This document shows, one piece after another, positions 10,729-21,039 of a stretch of 35,776 nt of DNA. Source of the stretch: Malacoraja senta (lineage: Eukaryota); NCBI GenBank assembly GCA_038087875.1, contig JAXLNO010000549.1:1-35776 (forward strand), in the 5' to 3' direction. The translations under genes and the position numbers were made by a program. Under the pieces are notes generated by a model, which saw only the letters and a list, made by a program, of their open reading frames with translations, did no database searches and had not been told where the DNA came from. Each line of letters begins with the position of its first letter. The stretch's first letter is position 1.

Positions 10729-11025
10729 AGACAATAGACAATAGGTGCAGGAGAAGGCCATTTGTCCCTTCGAGCCAGCACCGCCATTCAATGTGATCAT
10801 GGCTGATCATCCCCAATCAGTACCCCGTTCCTGCCTTCTCCCCATATCCCCTGACTCCGCTATCTTTAAGAGCCCCATGCCGCTTAGTACACCCGGGTGT
10901 CAGAGGTTATAGGGAGAATGCCGGAGAATGGGGTGAGGAAGGAGAGATAGATCAGGCATGATTGAATGGCGGAGTAGACTTGACGGGCCGAATGGCCATC
11001 ATTCAACTCCTATTCCTTATGACCT
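10729..11025. mobile_element. Two short CR1 3' ends (10729-10876 minus; 10893-11025 plus)
   Basis: GTCTATT tail with 3'UTR; then GGGTGTCAGAGGTTAT..GAATGGCGGAGTAGACTTGACGGGCCGAATGGCC. Confidence 0.7.
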
Positions 11026-11459
11026 TATCTCATCTAACTGTGGTGGCTTGTTCCCAAGATGACGCAGGTCGATGGTTCCTGAGATAAGGAAGCTGTAGCT
11101 ATGAGGTGATGTTCTTGCTTTCGACTTGATCCACAGTTAGAGGTATCCGTTGAAGTTATGACTGATTCCGATCATGTCCCGACAGAGATATACTGTCGCG
11201 GCTTAGAGTCATTGTCGAGGTATCAGTCATTTAATACTCCTTCTCAACCGGTGCTAACGGCTAACCTCTTGTTACAGAAGGTGCAATGGGTCGTAGGTCA
11301 TGAGGTCCTAAATGATAAGAGTTGAAGTAGGCCATTCGGCCCATCAAGTCTACTCCGCCATTCAATCATGGCTGATCTATCTCTCCCTCCTAACCCCATT
11401 CTCCTGCCCTTCTCCCCATAACCCCTGACACCCGCACTAATCAAGAAGCGATCAATCTC

Positions 11460-11829
11460 CACCTCCAGGTCCCTCAGATCGGCCGACTTGGGGTTACTGA
11501 ACATCCCGCGGTCTGGGCATAAGCTCAGGGGCGACCGCGCCTTTGTGGTTGCAGCTCCTAGACTGTGGAACAGCATCCCTCTTCCCATCAGAACTGCCCC
11601 CTCCAACAACTCTTTTAAGTCAAGACTTAAAACTCATCTTTACTCTCAAGCCTTTCTTGACGTCCTCTGAGGGAGGGCTATATGTATGTATTTATGTATG
11701 TACTTAATCTATGAACCACTGTTTGTATAACGTTAGTACCTCCACCAATGTAAAGCACTTTGGCCAACGAGAGTTGTTTTTTAAATGAGCTATAGAAATA
11801 AAAGTGACTTGACTTGACTCGACTTGACT
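11460..11829 (+). mobile_element. L2-clade LINE 3' fragment nested in a CR1 (11295-11460 / 11830-12090, minus)
   Basis: RSLRSADLGLLNIPRSGHKLRGDRAFVVAAPRLWNSIP..FKSRLKTHLYSQAF; TGTAAAGCACTTTG 3' motif; (GACTT)n tail. Confidence 0.8.
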
Positions 11830-12417
11830 TAAAAATATCCACTGCCTTGGCCTCCACAGCCTTCTGTGGCAAAGAATTCCACAGATTCACCACCCTCCGA
11901 CTAAAGAAATTCCTCCTCATCTCCTTTCTCGGGGGACGTCCTTTTATTCCGATCCATCTGGTCCTTGACTCTCCCACTAGTGGAATCATCGTCTCCACAT
12001 CCGCTCTATCCAGGACTTTCACTGTTCTGTACGTTTCAATGAGGTCCCTCCTCATTCTTCCAAACTCCAGCGAGTACAGGCCCAGTGCTGTCACATGGTT
12101 TATTGCAGGGAGATGCAGATTTGACGTTGCGAATTGACAATCAGAATCATATTCCCAGGTGGAAAAATCATATTCTGGAGGGCATAGCTTTAAAGTGTTG
12201 CAGTTATAGAAGACGTTGGTGAGGCCGTATTTAGAGTGTCTAACCACCCTTTAAGGGCAACTATTTGCCTACCTTGGGTACGCAAGCAAATATTTTCACT
12301 GTGACTTATCACATGTGACAATAAAGTATTAATTCATTAATTCATTCATTGTGTAGGAAAGAACTGCAGATGCTGGTTTAAATCGAAGGTAGACACAAAA
12401 TGTTGGAGTAACTGTGG

Positions 12418-13100
12418 GAGTAAAAAGGGGAAGTACAACAGGATCTGGGGGTCCTTGTACATCAGTCTATGAAAGTAAGCATGCGGGTACAGCAGGCAGT
12501 GAAGAAAGCGAATGGCATGTTGGGCTTTATAACAAGAGGAGTTGAGTATTGGAGCAAAGAGGTCCTTCTGCAGTTGTACAGGGCCCGAGTGAGACCACAC
12601 CTGGAGTATTGTGTGCAGTTTTGGTCCCCTAATTTGAGGAAGGACATTCTTGCTATTGAGGGAGTGCAGCGTAGGTTCACCAGGTTAATTCCCGGGATGG
12701 CGGGACTGTCGTATGCTGAGAGAATGGAGCAGCAGGGCTTGTACACTCTGGAGTTTAGAAGGATGAGAGGGTATCTCATTGAAACATATAAGATTGTTAA
12801 GGGCTTGGACATGCTAGAGGCAGGAAACATGTTCCCGATGTTGGGGGAGTCCAGAACCAGGGGCCACAGTTAAAGAATATGGAGTAAGCCATTTAGAACG
12901 GACACTTTTTCTCACAGAGAGTGGTGAGTCTGTGGATTTCTCCGCCTCAGAGGGGGCAGGTTCTCTGGATGCTTTCAAGAGAGAGCTAGATAGGGCTCTT
13001 AAAAATAGCGGAGTCAGGGGATATGGGGAGAAGGCAGGAACGGGGTACTGATTGGGGATGATCAGCCATGAAGGGCCAAATGGCCTACTCCTGCACCTAA
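12418..13100 (+). mobile_element. 5'-truncated CR1, decayed
   Basis: [31 protein letters not shown]; premature stop at 12873 and small deletions downstream. Confidence 0.87.
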
Positions 13101-13174
13101 CTCAGTGGGACAGGCATCATCTCTGGAGAGAAGGAATGGGGTGACGTTTCGGGTCGAGACCCTTCTTCAGACTG
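13100..13174 (-). ncRNA. Penelope-like repeat with intact minimal hammerhead-like core
   Basis: Minus strand CAGT CTGAAGA A GGGTC TC GACCC GAAA CG TC ACCCC. Confidence 0.5.
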
Positions 13175-13356
13175 AATTCATTGTGTTCATTGTGGGCACC
13201 ATGTTACAGGGAAGATGTTGTCAAGCTGGGAAGGTTGCAGAGAAGGTTTACGAGGATGTTGCCAGGACTCGAGGGCTTGTGCTACAGGGAGAGGTTTAAG
13301 AAATATTTAGACAGGGTGCATGGAAAGTACAGGTTTAGAAGGATATGGGCCAAATT

Positions 13357-13950
13357 TCTTCTGCAGTTGTATAGGGCTCTGGTAAGACCACATCTGGAGT
13401 ATTGTGTACAGTTTTGGTCTCCTAATTTGAGGAAGGACATCCTTGTGATTGAGGCAGTGCAGCGTAGGTTCACGAGATTGATCCCTGGGATGGCGGGACT
13501 GTCATATGAGGAAAGATTGAAGAGACTGGGCTTGTATTCACTGGAGTTTAGAAGGATGAGGGGGGATCTTATAGAAACATATAACATTCTAAAAGGACTG
13601 GACCAGCTAGATGCAGGAAAAATGTTCCCAATGTTGGGCGAGTCCAGAACCAGGGGCCACAGTCTTAGAATAAAGGGGAGGCCATTTAAGACTGAGGTGA
13701 GAAAAAACCTTTTCACCCAGAGAGTTGTGAATTTGTGGAATTCCCTGCCACAGAGGGCAGTGGAGGCCAAGTCACCGGATGGATTTAAGAGAGAGTTAGA
13801 TAGAGCTCTAGGGGCTAGTGGAGTCAAGGGATATGGGGAGAAGGCAGGCACGGGTTATTGATTGGGGACGATCAGCCATGATCACAATGAATGGCTCGAA
13901 GGGCTGAAAAGGCCTCCTCCTGCACCTATTGTCTATGTTTCTATGTTTCT
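13357..13950 (+). mobile_element. 5'-truncated CR1 (DRALGASG subfamily) inserted in an older CR1 3' end
   Basis: [23 protein letters not shown]; host reads ATATGGGCCAAA|..|AAACGCAGGCAGGT. Confidence 0.87.
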
Positions 13951-15725
13951 AAACGCAGGCAGGTAGGACTCGTGTAGATGGGGCATGTTGTTTGGTGTGG
14001 GCAAGTTGGGCCGCTGGGCCGGTTTCTATGGTCAGTGACTGGAAAGGGGTGCGGACAAGATGTACGAGGATGTTGCCCGGACACAAGGGCCTGAGCTATA
14101 GGGAGAGGTTGAGCAGGCTTGGACTCTATTCCTTTGATAAATGTATAGATGTGAGAAAAAAATTCTCTTTTTCACACAGAGAGTGGTGAGTCTGTGGAAT
14201 TCTCTGCCTCAGAGGGCGGTGGAGGCAGGTTCTCTGGATGCTTTCAGGAGAGAGCTAGATAGGGCTCTTAAATATAGCGGAGTCAGGGGATGTGGGGAGA
14301 AGGCAGGAACGGGATACTGATTGTGGATGATCAGCCATGTTCACATTGAATGGCGGTGCTGGCTCGAAGGGCCGAATGGCCATCTCCTGCACCTATTGTC
14401 TATTCAATCTATATGATGAGAGGAATAGATCGGGCAGACGCACAGTGTCTCTTGCCCAGAGTAGGGGAATCGGGAACCAGAGGACAGAGGTTTTAAGGTG
14501 AGGGGCGGAGGAGCAGATTTAATAGGAATCTGGGGGGTATTTTTTTGCATACAGAGAGTGGTGGGTGTATGGAACGAGCTGCTGGAGAACGGTAGTTGTG
14601 GCAGGGACTATCGCAACGCTTTAGAAACATTTTGACAGGTACATGGTGGATAGAAACATAGAAACATAGAAAATAGGTGCAGGAGTAGGCCATTCAGCCC
14701 TTCGAGCCTGCACCGCCATTCAATATGATCATGGCTGATCATCCAACTCAGTATCCCATCCCTGCCTTCTCTCCATACCCCCTGATCCCTTTAGCCACAA
14801 GGGCCACATCTAACTCCCTCTTAAATATAGCCAATGAACTGGCCTCAACTACCCTCTGTGGCAGAGAGTTCCAGAGATTCACCACTCTCTGTGTGAAAAA
14901 AGTTTTTCCTCATCTCGGTCTTAAAGGATAGGACAGGTTTAGCGCGAATATGGTGGGACTAGTGTAGCTGGGACATGTTGGCCGGTGTGGGCAAGTGGCT
15001 CCATGTTGAATGACTCTATAATATCTAATACTGTAAGGCCTGGGATAGAGTGGATGTGGAGAGGATGTTTCCACCAGTGGGAGAGTCTCGGACCAGAGGT
15101 TGTATCCTCAGAATTGAAGGACGTTCCTTTAGGAAGGAGATGAGGAGGAATTTCTTTAGTCAGAGGGTGGTGAATCTGTGGAACTCATTGCCACAGAAGG
15201 CTGTGGAGGCCAAGTCAATGGATATTTTTAAGGCAGAGATAAATAGATTCTTGATTAGTGCAGGTGTCTGGGGCTATAGGCAGGAGAATGGGGTTAGGAG
15301 GGAGGGATAGATCAGCCATGATTGAATGGTGGAGTAGACTTGATGGGCCGAATGGCCTAAATCTGCTCCTATCGTTTCACGAGTTCACAAGTTATGGGAG
15401 TAGAATTAGGCCATTCGGCCCATCGAGTCCACTCGGACATTCAATCGTGGCTGATCTGTGCCTCCTAATCCCGTTCTCCTGCCTTCTCCCCATAACTGTG
15501 GAATGTCTGTGGAATTCTCTGCCTCAGAGGGCGGTGGAGGCCGGTTCTCTGGATACTTTCAAGAGAGAGCTAGATAGGGCTCTTAAAGATAGCGGAGTCA
15601 GGGGATATGGGGAGAAGGCAGGAACGGGGTACTGATTGGGGATGATCAGCCATGATCACATTGAATGGCGGTGCTGGCTCGAAGGGCTGAATGGCCTACT
15701 CCTGCACCTATTGTCTATTGTCTAC
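13951..15725. mobile_element. Cluster of nested CR1 3' fragments of several subfamilies on both strands
   Basis: 14160-14404 (+), 14654-14926 (-; GGATAG on both sides), 15030-15390 (+), 15380-15497 (-), 15506-15725 (+). Confidence 0.75.
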
Positions 15726-16321
15726 TATGTTCTGTTGTGCTGAAGCAAAGCAAGAATTGCATTGTCCTATCAGGGACACATGACAATAAACCCACTTGAA
15801 CTTGAACTTGTCCATTGTCGAGAACCTTTGACTCCATGTTCTAATCAAGAATTTTCTTGATCTCTGCCGTGAAACAAAATCCACCGACTTGGCCTCCCCC
15901 GCCCTCTCTGCGAACTCTTATGAACTTGTGAAATACTGGAAATGCAGCCTAACCTTCCCGAAAGTAAGCAAAGTTAGCGGGCTTTTGTTCACGATTTGAT
16001 AACCAACCTCTGAGATCAGGCAGAGTGTAGATGCCTTCGATCCGCCATTTCAGTCCCATTGGAATGGAGAATGAAGCACATATTGTTGTTGGTGGGACAG
16101 TGTAACAACACTAACCTGGAGTATAATGATGGAGATCAGATTGATCGTAACTTGAGAAGGCAGCCTCGTTTACCGGACTCAACTATTTTTTTGTCTGAGC
16201 TTGTGACATTTTAACTACATCTAGGTCAACCCAATTCACATTCATTCAGGGACTGGTAATTCTGCTGTGTCTGCTCCTGGCAGGCGATGTGTGCGCTTAA
16301 AACGTGAAGATTGACACTAAA

Positions 16322-16785
16322 TGCTGGAGTAACTCAGCGGGTCGGGCAGCATCTGTGGAGATCGTGGATAGGTGACGTTTCACAGAGTGCTGGAGTAACT
16401 CAGCGGGTCAGGCAGCATCTGTGGAGAACGTGGATAGGTGACGTTTCACAGAGTGCTGGAGTAACTCAGCGGGTCAGGCAGCATCTGTGGAGCGAAGGAA
16501 ATGGGCAACCTTTCGGGCCGAAACCCTGAAGGAAATAGGCAACGTTTCGGGCCGAAACCCGGAAGGGTTTCGGGCCTAAACGTTGCCTATTTCCTTCGCT
16601 CCATAGATGCTGCCGGAACATGGATAGGTGACGTTTCACAGAGTGCTGGAGTAACTCAGCGGGTCAGGCAGCATCTGTGGAGAACATGGATAGGTGACGT
16701 TTCACAGAGTGCTGGAGTAACTCAGCCGGTCAGGCAGCATCTGTGGAGAACGTGGATCGGTGACGTTTTGGTCAGGACCCTTCAA
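16322..16785. repeat. Tandem array of five 66-bp Penelope-like units, third unit interrupted by a palindromic insert
   Basis: Unit TGCTGGAGTAACTCAGCGGGTCAGGCAGCATCTGTGGAGAACGTGGATAGGTGACGTTTCACAGAG starting at 16322, 16388, 16454, 16644, 16710. Confidence 0.88.
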
Positions 16786-17018
16786 TCGTATCATTTAAGA
16801 GACTTTTGGATAGGCGCATGGATATTGAGGGAGTGGAGGGCTATGTTTATGTTCATTAATCATGTATGGCCACTGACTGGATAGCATGCAACAAAAGCTT
16901 CTCACTGTACCTCAGTCCGTTTCAATCTTGATGGCCCCCCCCCCCCATTGCTCTCGCCAATCCACCTCGCTCCACCTTGCTCACGGCACCTAAAAATCCA
17001 AAAGCTAACCTAAAGATG

Positions 17019-17960
17019 CGCGGTGGCGCAGCGGTAAAGTTGCTGCCTCACAGCGCCAGAGACCCGGGTTCAATCCTGACCACGGGTGCTGTCTGTACGG
17101 AGTTTGTACCTTCTCCCCGTGACCTGCGTGGGTTTCAATATACAATAGACAATAGGTGCAGGAATCGGCCGTTCGGCCCTTCGAGCCTGCACCGCCATTC
17201 AATGTGATGGTGCTGGCTCGAAGGGCCGAATGGCCTACTCCTGCACCTATTGTCTATTGATCATGGCTGGTCATCCCCAATCAGTACCCCGTTCCCGCCT
17301 TCTCCCCACATCCCCTGACTCCGCTATCTTTAAGAGCTCTATCTAGCTCTCTCTTGAAAGCATGCAGAGAACCTGCCTCCACCGCCCTCTGAGGCAGAGA
17401 ATTCCACAGACTCACCACTCTCTGTGTGAAAAAGTGTTTCCTCGTCTCCGTTCTAAATGGCTCACCCCTTATTCTTAAATTGTGGCCCCTGGTTCTGGAC
17501 TCCCCCAACATCGGGAACATGTTTCCTGCCTCTAGCGTGTCCAAACCCTTAATAATCTTATATATTTCAATAAGACCCCCTCTCATCCTTCTAAAGGATG
17601 TTTCAATAAGATTATTCATGCATGTATATATTTATATAATGGTATTTGGACACACTGATCTGTTCTGTAGTCAATGCCTACTATGTTCTGTTGTGCTGAA
17701 GCAAAGCAAGAATTTCATTGTCCTATCTGGGACACATGACAAGAAACTCTCTTGAACTTGAACTCTTGAACTTGAACTCTCATCCTTTCCTCCGAGATCT
17801 TCGGTTTTCTCCCACACTCCAAAGACGTACAGACGTACGTAATTGGCTTGGTATAAATGTAAATTGTCCCCAGTGTGTGTGGGATAGTGTTAGTGCGCGG
17901 GGATGGCTGGTCGTTGGGCCGAAGGGCCTGTTTCCGCGCTGTATCTCTAAACTGAGCTGA
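17019..17960 (+). mobile_element. HE1/V-SINE split (17019-17136 and ~17785-17960) by nested insertions including a CR1 (17137-17595, minus)
   Basis: A-box TGGCGCAGCGG, B-box GGTTCAATCC; the 3' half resumes at CTCCGAGATCTTCGGTTTTCTCCCACACTCC. Confidence 0.7.
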
Positions 17961-17962
17961 AA

Positions 17963-18320
17963 TGAGTGCGTGCGGTCAGGCTATGCTCCAGTGCTTGGCT
18001 GAAGAGTCTGTGGCAATGCCGTTTGAACTAAACATTTGCACCATCTGCTTGTTCTCCTGGATAGTGAAAATCCCATGTTGCTCAAAAGAGGGAAAGTGAG
18101 TCCTCTGTTTTCGGGCCAAGACTCATCTCTGATCCAACAGCACTAAAACAAAATTTGCTGGCTGTCTGTCCCACCGCTGATGTGGGACCTGGCTCGGAAT
18201 AAGTTGGCTGCCGTACTTGCCTCGAGAACAACTGTGTTTACACTTCGTAAATATGCTGTATAATTTCTAGTACGTTCCGAGGAGGCCATGTGATTCGATG
18301 TGAATCCACGTCTGTTTTTG
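17963..18320 (+). mobile_element. Ancient Deu-domain SINE (SacSINE1/AmnSINE1-like), highly diverged
   Basis: Collinear blocks CAGGCT..CTCCAGTGC, ATCCCATG, GGCCAA, CCAACAGCACTAAAACA, TGTGGGA, TTGGCTGCCG, TACACTTC match my recollection of the Deu-domain consensus. Confidence 0.6.
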
Positions 18321-18369
18321 TCAAGGAAAGGATAGACACAAAGTGATGGGGTAACTCAGCGGGCCACAG

Positions 18370-18945
18370 ATTCATAGAGTGATACAGCACGGAAACGGGC
18401 CCTTCCGCCCAACTTGCCCACACCGCCCAACATGTCCCGTCTACACCAGTCCCACCTGCCTGCATTTGGCCCATATCCCTCCAAACCTGTCCTATCCATG
18501 TACCCGTCTAACTGTTTCTTAAACGTTGGGATAGTCCCGGCCTCAACTACCTCCTCCGGCAGCTTGTTCCATGCACCCAGCACTCTTTGTGTGAAAAGGT
18601 TACCCCTCAGATTCCTATTAAATCTTTTCCCCTTCACCTTAAACCTATGTCCTCTGGTCCTCGATTCACCTACTTTGGCCAACAGACTACCCAATGTAGT
18701 CCTCTCATAATTGTATACACCTCTATAAGATCACCCCACATCCTCCTGCATTCCAGGGAATGGAGTTCCGTCCTTCTCAACCTCTCCCTATGGCTCAGAC
18801 CCTCCTCTAGTCCTGGCAACATCCTCGTAAATCTTCTCTGTACCCTTTCCAACTTGACAGCATCGTTCCAGAACTGAACGCAATACTCTAAATGCGGCCT
18901 CACTAGCGTCTATAACTGCAACATGAACTCCCAACTTTTATGCTC
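18370..18945 (-). mobile_element. Older CR1/HER1-like fragment
   Basis: [48 protein letters not shown] with indels. Confidence 0.82.
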
Positions 18946-18968
18946 AGAAATTGCAGCTTCGGTCTTTC

Positions 18969-19252
18969 GAGATACAGTGTGGAAACAGGCCCTTCGGCCC
19001 ACTGAGTCCGTGCCGACCAGCGATCACCCCCATACACTAGTTCTATCCTACATACTGGGGACGATTTACAATGTTACAGAGGGCCAATTAACCAACAAAC
19101 CCGCACGTCTTTGGAGCGTGTGAGGAAACCGGAGCACCCGGAGAAAACCCACGCAGGTCACGGGGAGAGCGTGCAAACTCCGTACAGACAGCACCCGCAG
19201 TCGGGATCGAACCCGGGTCCCTGGTGCTGGGAGGCAGCGACTCCACCACTGC
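18969..19252 (-). mobile_element. HE1/V-SINE
   Basis: B-box GGTTCGATCCC on minus strand, V-domain, shared 3' tail. Confidence 0.8.
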
Positions 19253-19280
19253 TTTGTTCAATTTAGTTGAGTTTGTTGTC

Positions 19281-19682
19281 ACATAGAAACATAGAAACAT
19301 AGACAATAGGTGCAGGAGGAGGCCATTCGGCCCTTCGAGCCACCACCGCCATTCATTGTGATCATGGCTGATCGTCCCCTATCAATAACCCGTGCCTGCC
19401 TTCTCCCCATATCCCTTGACTCCACTAGCCCCTAGAGCTCTATCTAACTCTCTCTTAAATCCATCCAGTGACTTGGCCTCCACTGCCCTCTGTGGCAGGG
19501 AATTCCACAAATTCACAACTCTCTGGGTGAAAAAGTTTTTTCTCACCTCAGTCTTAAATGACCTCCCCTTTATTCTAAGACTGTGGCCCCTGGTTCTGGA
19601 CTCGCCCAACATTGGGAACATTTTTTTCCTGCATCTAGCTTGTCCAGTCCTTTTATAATTTTATATGTTTCTATAAGATCCC
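19281..19682 (-). mobile_element. 5'-truncated CR1 (DRALGASG subfamily)
   Basis: ORF 19382-19621; (TTCTATGT)n tail. Confidence 0.86.
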
Positions 19683-19940
19683 GTGTACTGAGGTACAGTG
19701 AACAGATTTTTGTTGCGTGCTATCCCGGTCAGCAAAAAGACTGTACATGGTTACAATCGAGTCGTCCACAGTGCATAATGATAAAAGCAATAGCATTTAG
19801 TGGATGATAAAGTCCGGTAAAGTACGATGACAGATAGTCTGTAGTTCCCTCCCCTCTACTTTCAGTCTGCCGAGGGGAGTCCTGACACGAATCCTCACCC
19901 ATCCATTTTGTCCACAGATGCCTTCCGACCCGCTGAGTTA

Positions 19941-20153
19941 AGGGAGGGCCTGTCCGGCTTGGGCGTCATTCGCGCGTCACGCAGAGGGCGGGGAGAAGAT
20001 TTTGAACACCCCAAAATCCTGGGGCACGTCATTGCCCACGTCGCCACACGCCATGCGCGCGTAATCCGCACCATACACGCACCACGTGCGTCATGACGCG
20101 TAAATGATGTTGCGTAAATTACGCGCAAATGATGCCCAAGTGGGACAAGCCCT
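19941..20153. mobile_element. PIF/Harbinger-type MITE
   Basis: TIR AGGGCCTGTCCGGCTTGGGCGTCATT / AATGATGCCCAAGTGGGACAAGCCCT; TTA duplicated; splits the host motif CGCTGAGTTA|CTCCAGC. Confidence 0.8.
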
Positions 20154-20235
20154 TTACTCCAGCGTTTTGTGTCTGTCTTCTCCCTAAACAAGAACTTGGT
20201 CGAGGGATACGGGGCGTCTGCAGGCAAAGAGGATG

Positions 20236-20724
20236 AGCGTCCTGGCACCACATCACCCCAGTTCTCAAAGAACTCCACTGGCTTCCCATTTCCCACCGGA
20301 TCATCTACAAAATCCTGGTCCTCACCTACGAAGCCCTCAACCACCTGGCCCCCCCCCCCCCTTATCTCACTGACCTCCTCTCCCCCTACCAACCCTCACG
20401 GTCCCTCAGATCCACATCAGCCGGTCTCCTCTCCACTCCGAAATCCAACCTCTGCACTTTTGGAGGCAGAGCCTTCTCCAGGGCAGCTCCCAGGCTCTGG
20501 AATTCCCTCCCACAACTGATCCGAAATTCTGAGTCCCTCACCATCCTCCAGTCCCGCCTCAAGACCCATCTCTTCACCTCTGCATACCCTTAGTCCCATG
20601 TCCCCCTCCCCTTTGCATCTCTGTCTTACTGCTCTATTTTGTTTTGTTTTTGACTCTACATGTAAAGCGACTTTGAGTCCTTGAAAAGCGCTATATAAAT
20701 AAAATCTATTATTATTATTATTAT
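20236..20724 (+). mobile_element. L2-clade LINE 3' fragment
   Basis: HITPVLKELHWLPISHRIIYKILVLTY..RSLRS..GRAFSRAAPRLWNSLP..RLKTHLF; TGTAAAGCGACTTTGAG motif; (TTA)n tail. Confidence 0.85.
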
Positions 20725-21039
20725 CACTGCCGGCATGGATGAGTTGGACCAACAGGGCCAGTTTCAGTGACGTACGCGTCTATGAATCTGAGATCAGGTT
20801 GCCTGGTGTTAAGATTTCGGAGAAGATTGGGCAGGCTCGGACTTTATTCCTTCTGGAGCACAGGGGGCAAGAGGCACTGAAGTGTTAAAACGCACACCGA
20901 CAGATTCAGGGACATTTTCTTCCCAGCTGGTATCACTTTCACTTATCGGAGAGCGGTCCTGAGCTACGAACTACCTCATTGGAGACCCCTGGACTATCGT
21001 TAATCATAGACAGACACAAATAGGAACAGGTGACGTTTC

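Noticed and set aside
11228..11292. Twister-ribozyme resemblance (TAATACTCC..CCGGT)
   Set aside because: The required AAGC/GAGG-type conserved segments and pseudoknot pairings could not be found
13181..13861. 226-aa ORF with a duplicated RRFTR motif as a novel protein
   Set aside because: Chance in-frame fusion of an old CR1 fragment and a nested younger CR1
16322..16785. CRISPR-like array or repeat-protein ORFs (AGVTQRVRQHLWRTWIGDVSQS)n
   Set aside because: Pure tandem duplication of a dispersed repeat; the 66-bp period keeps frames open by chance
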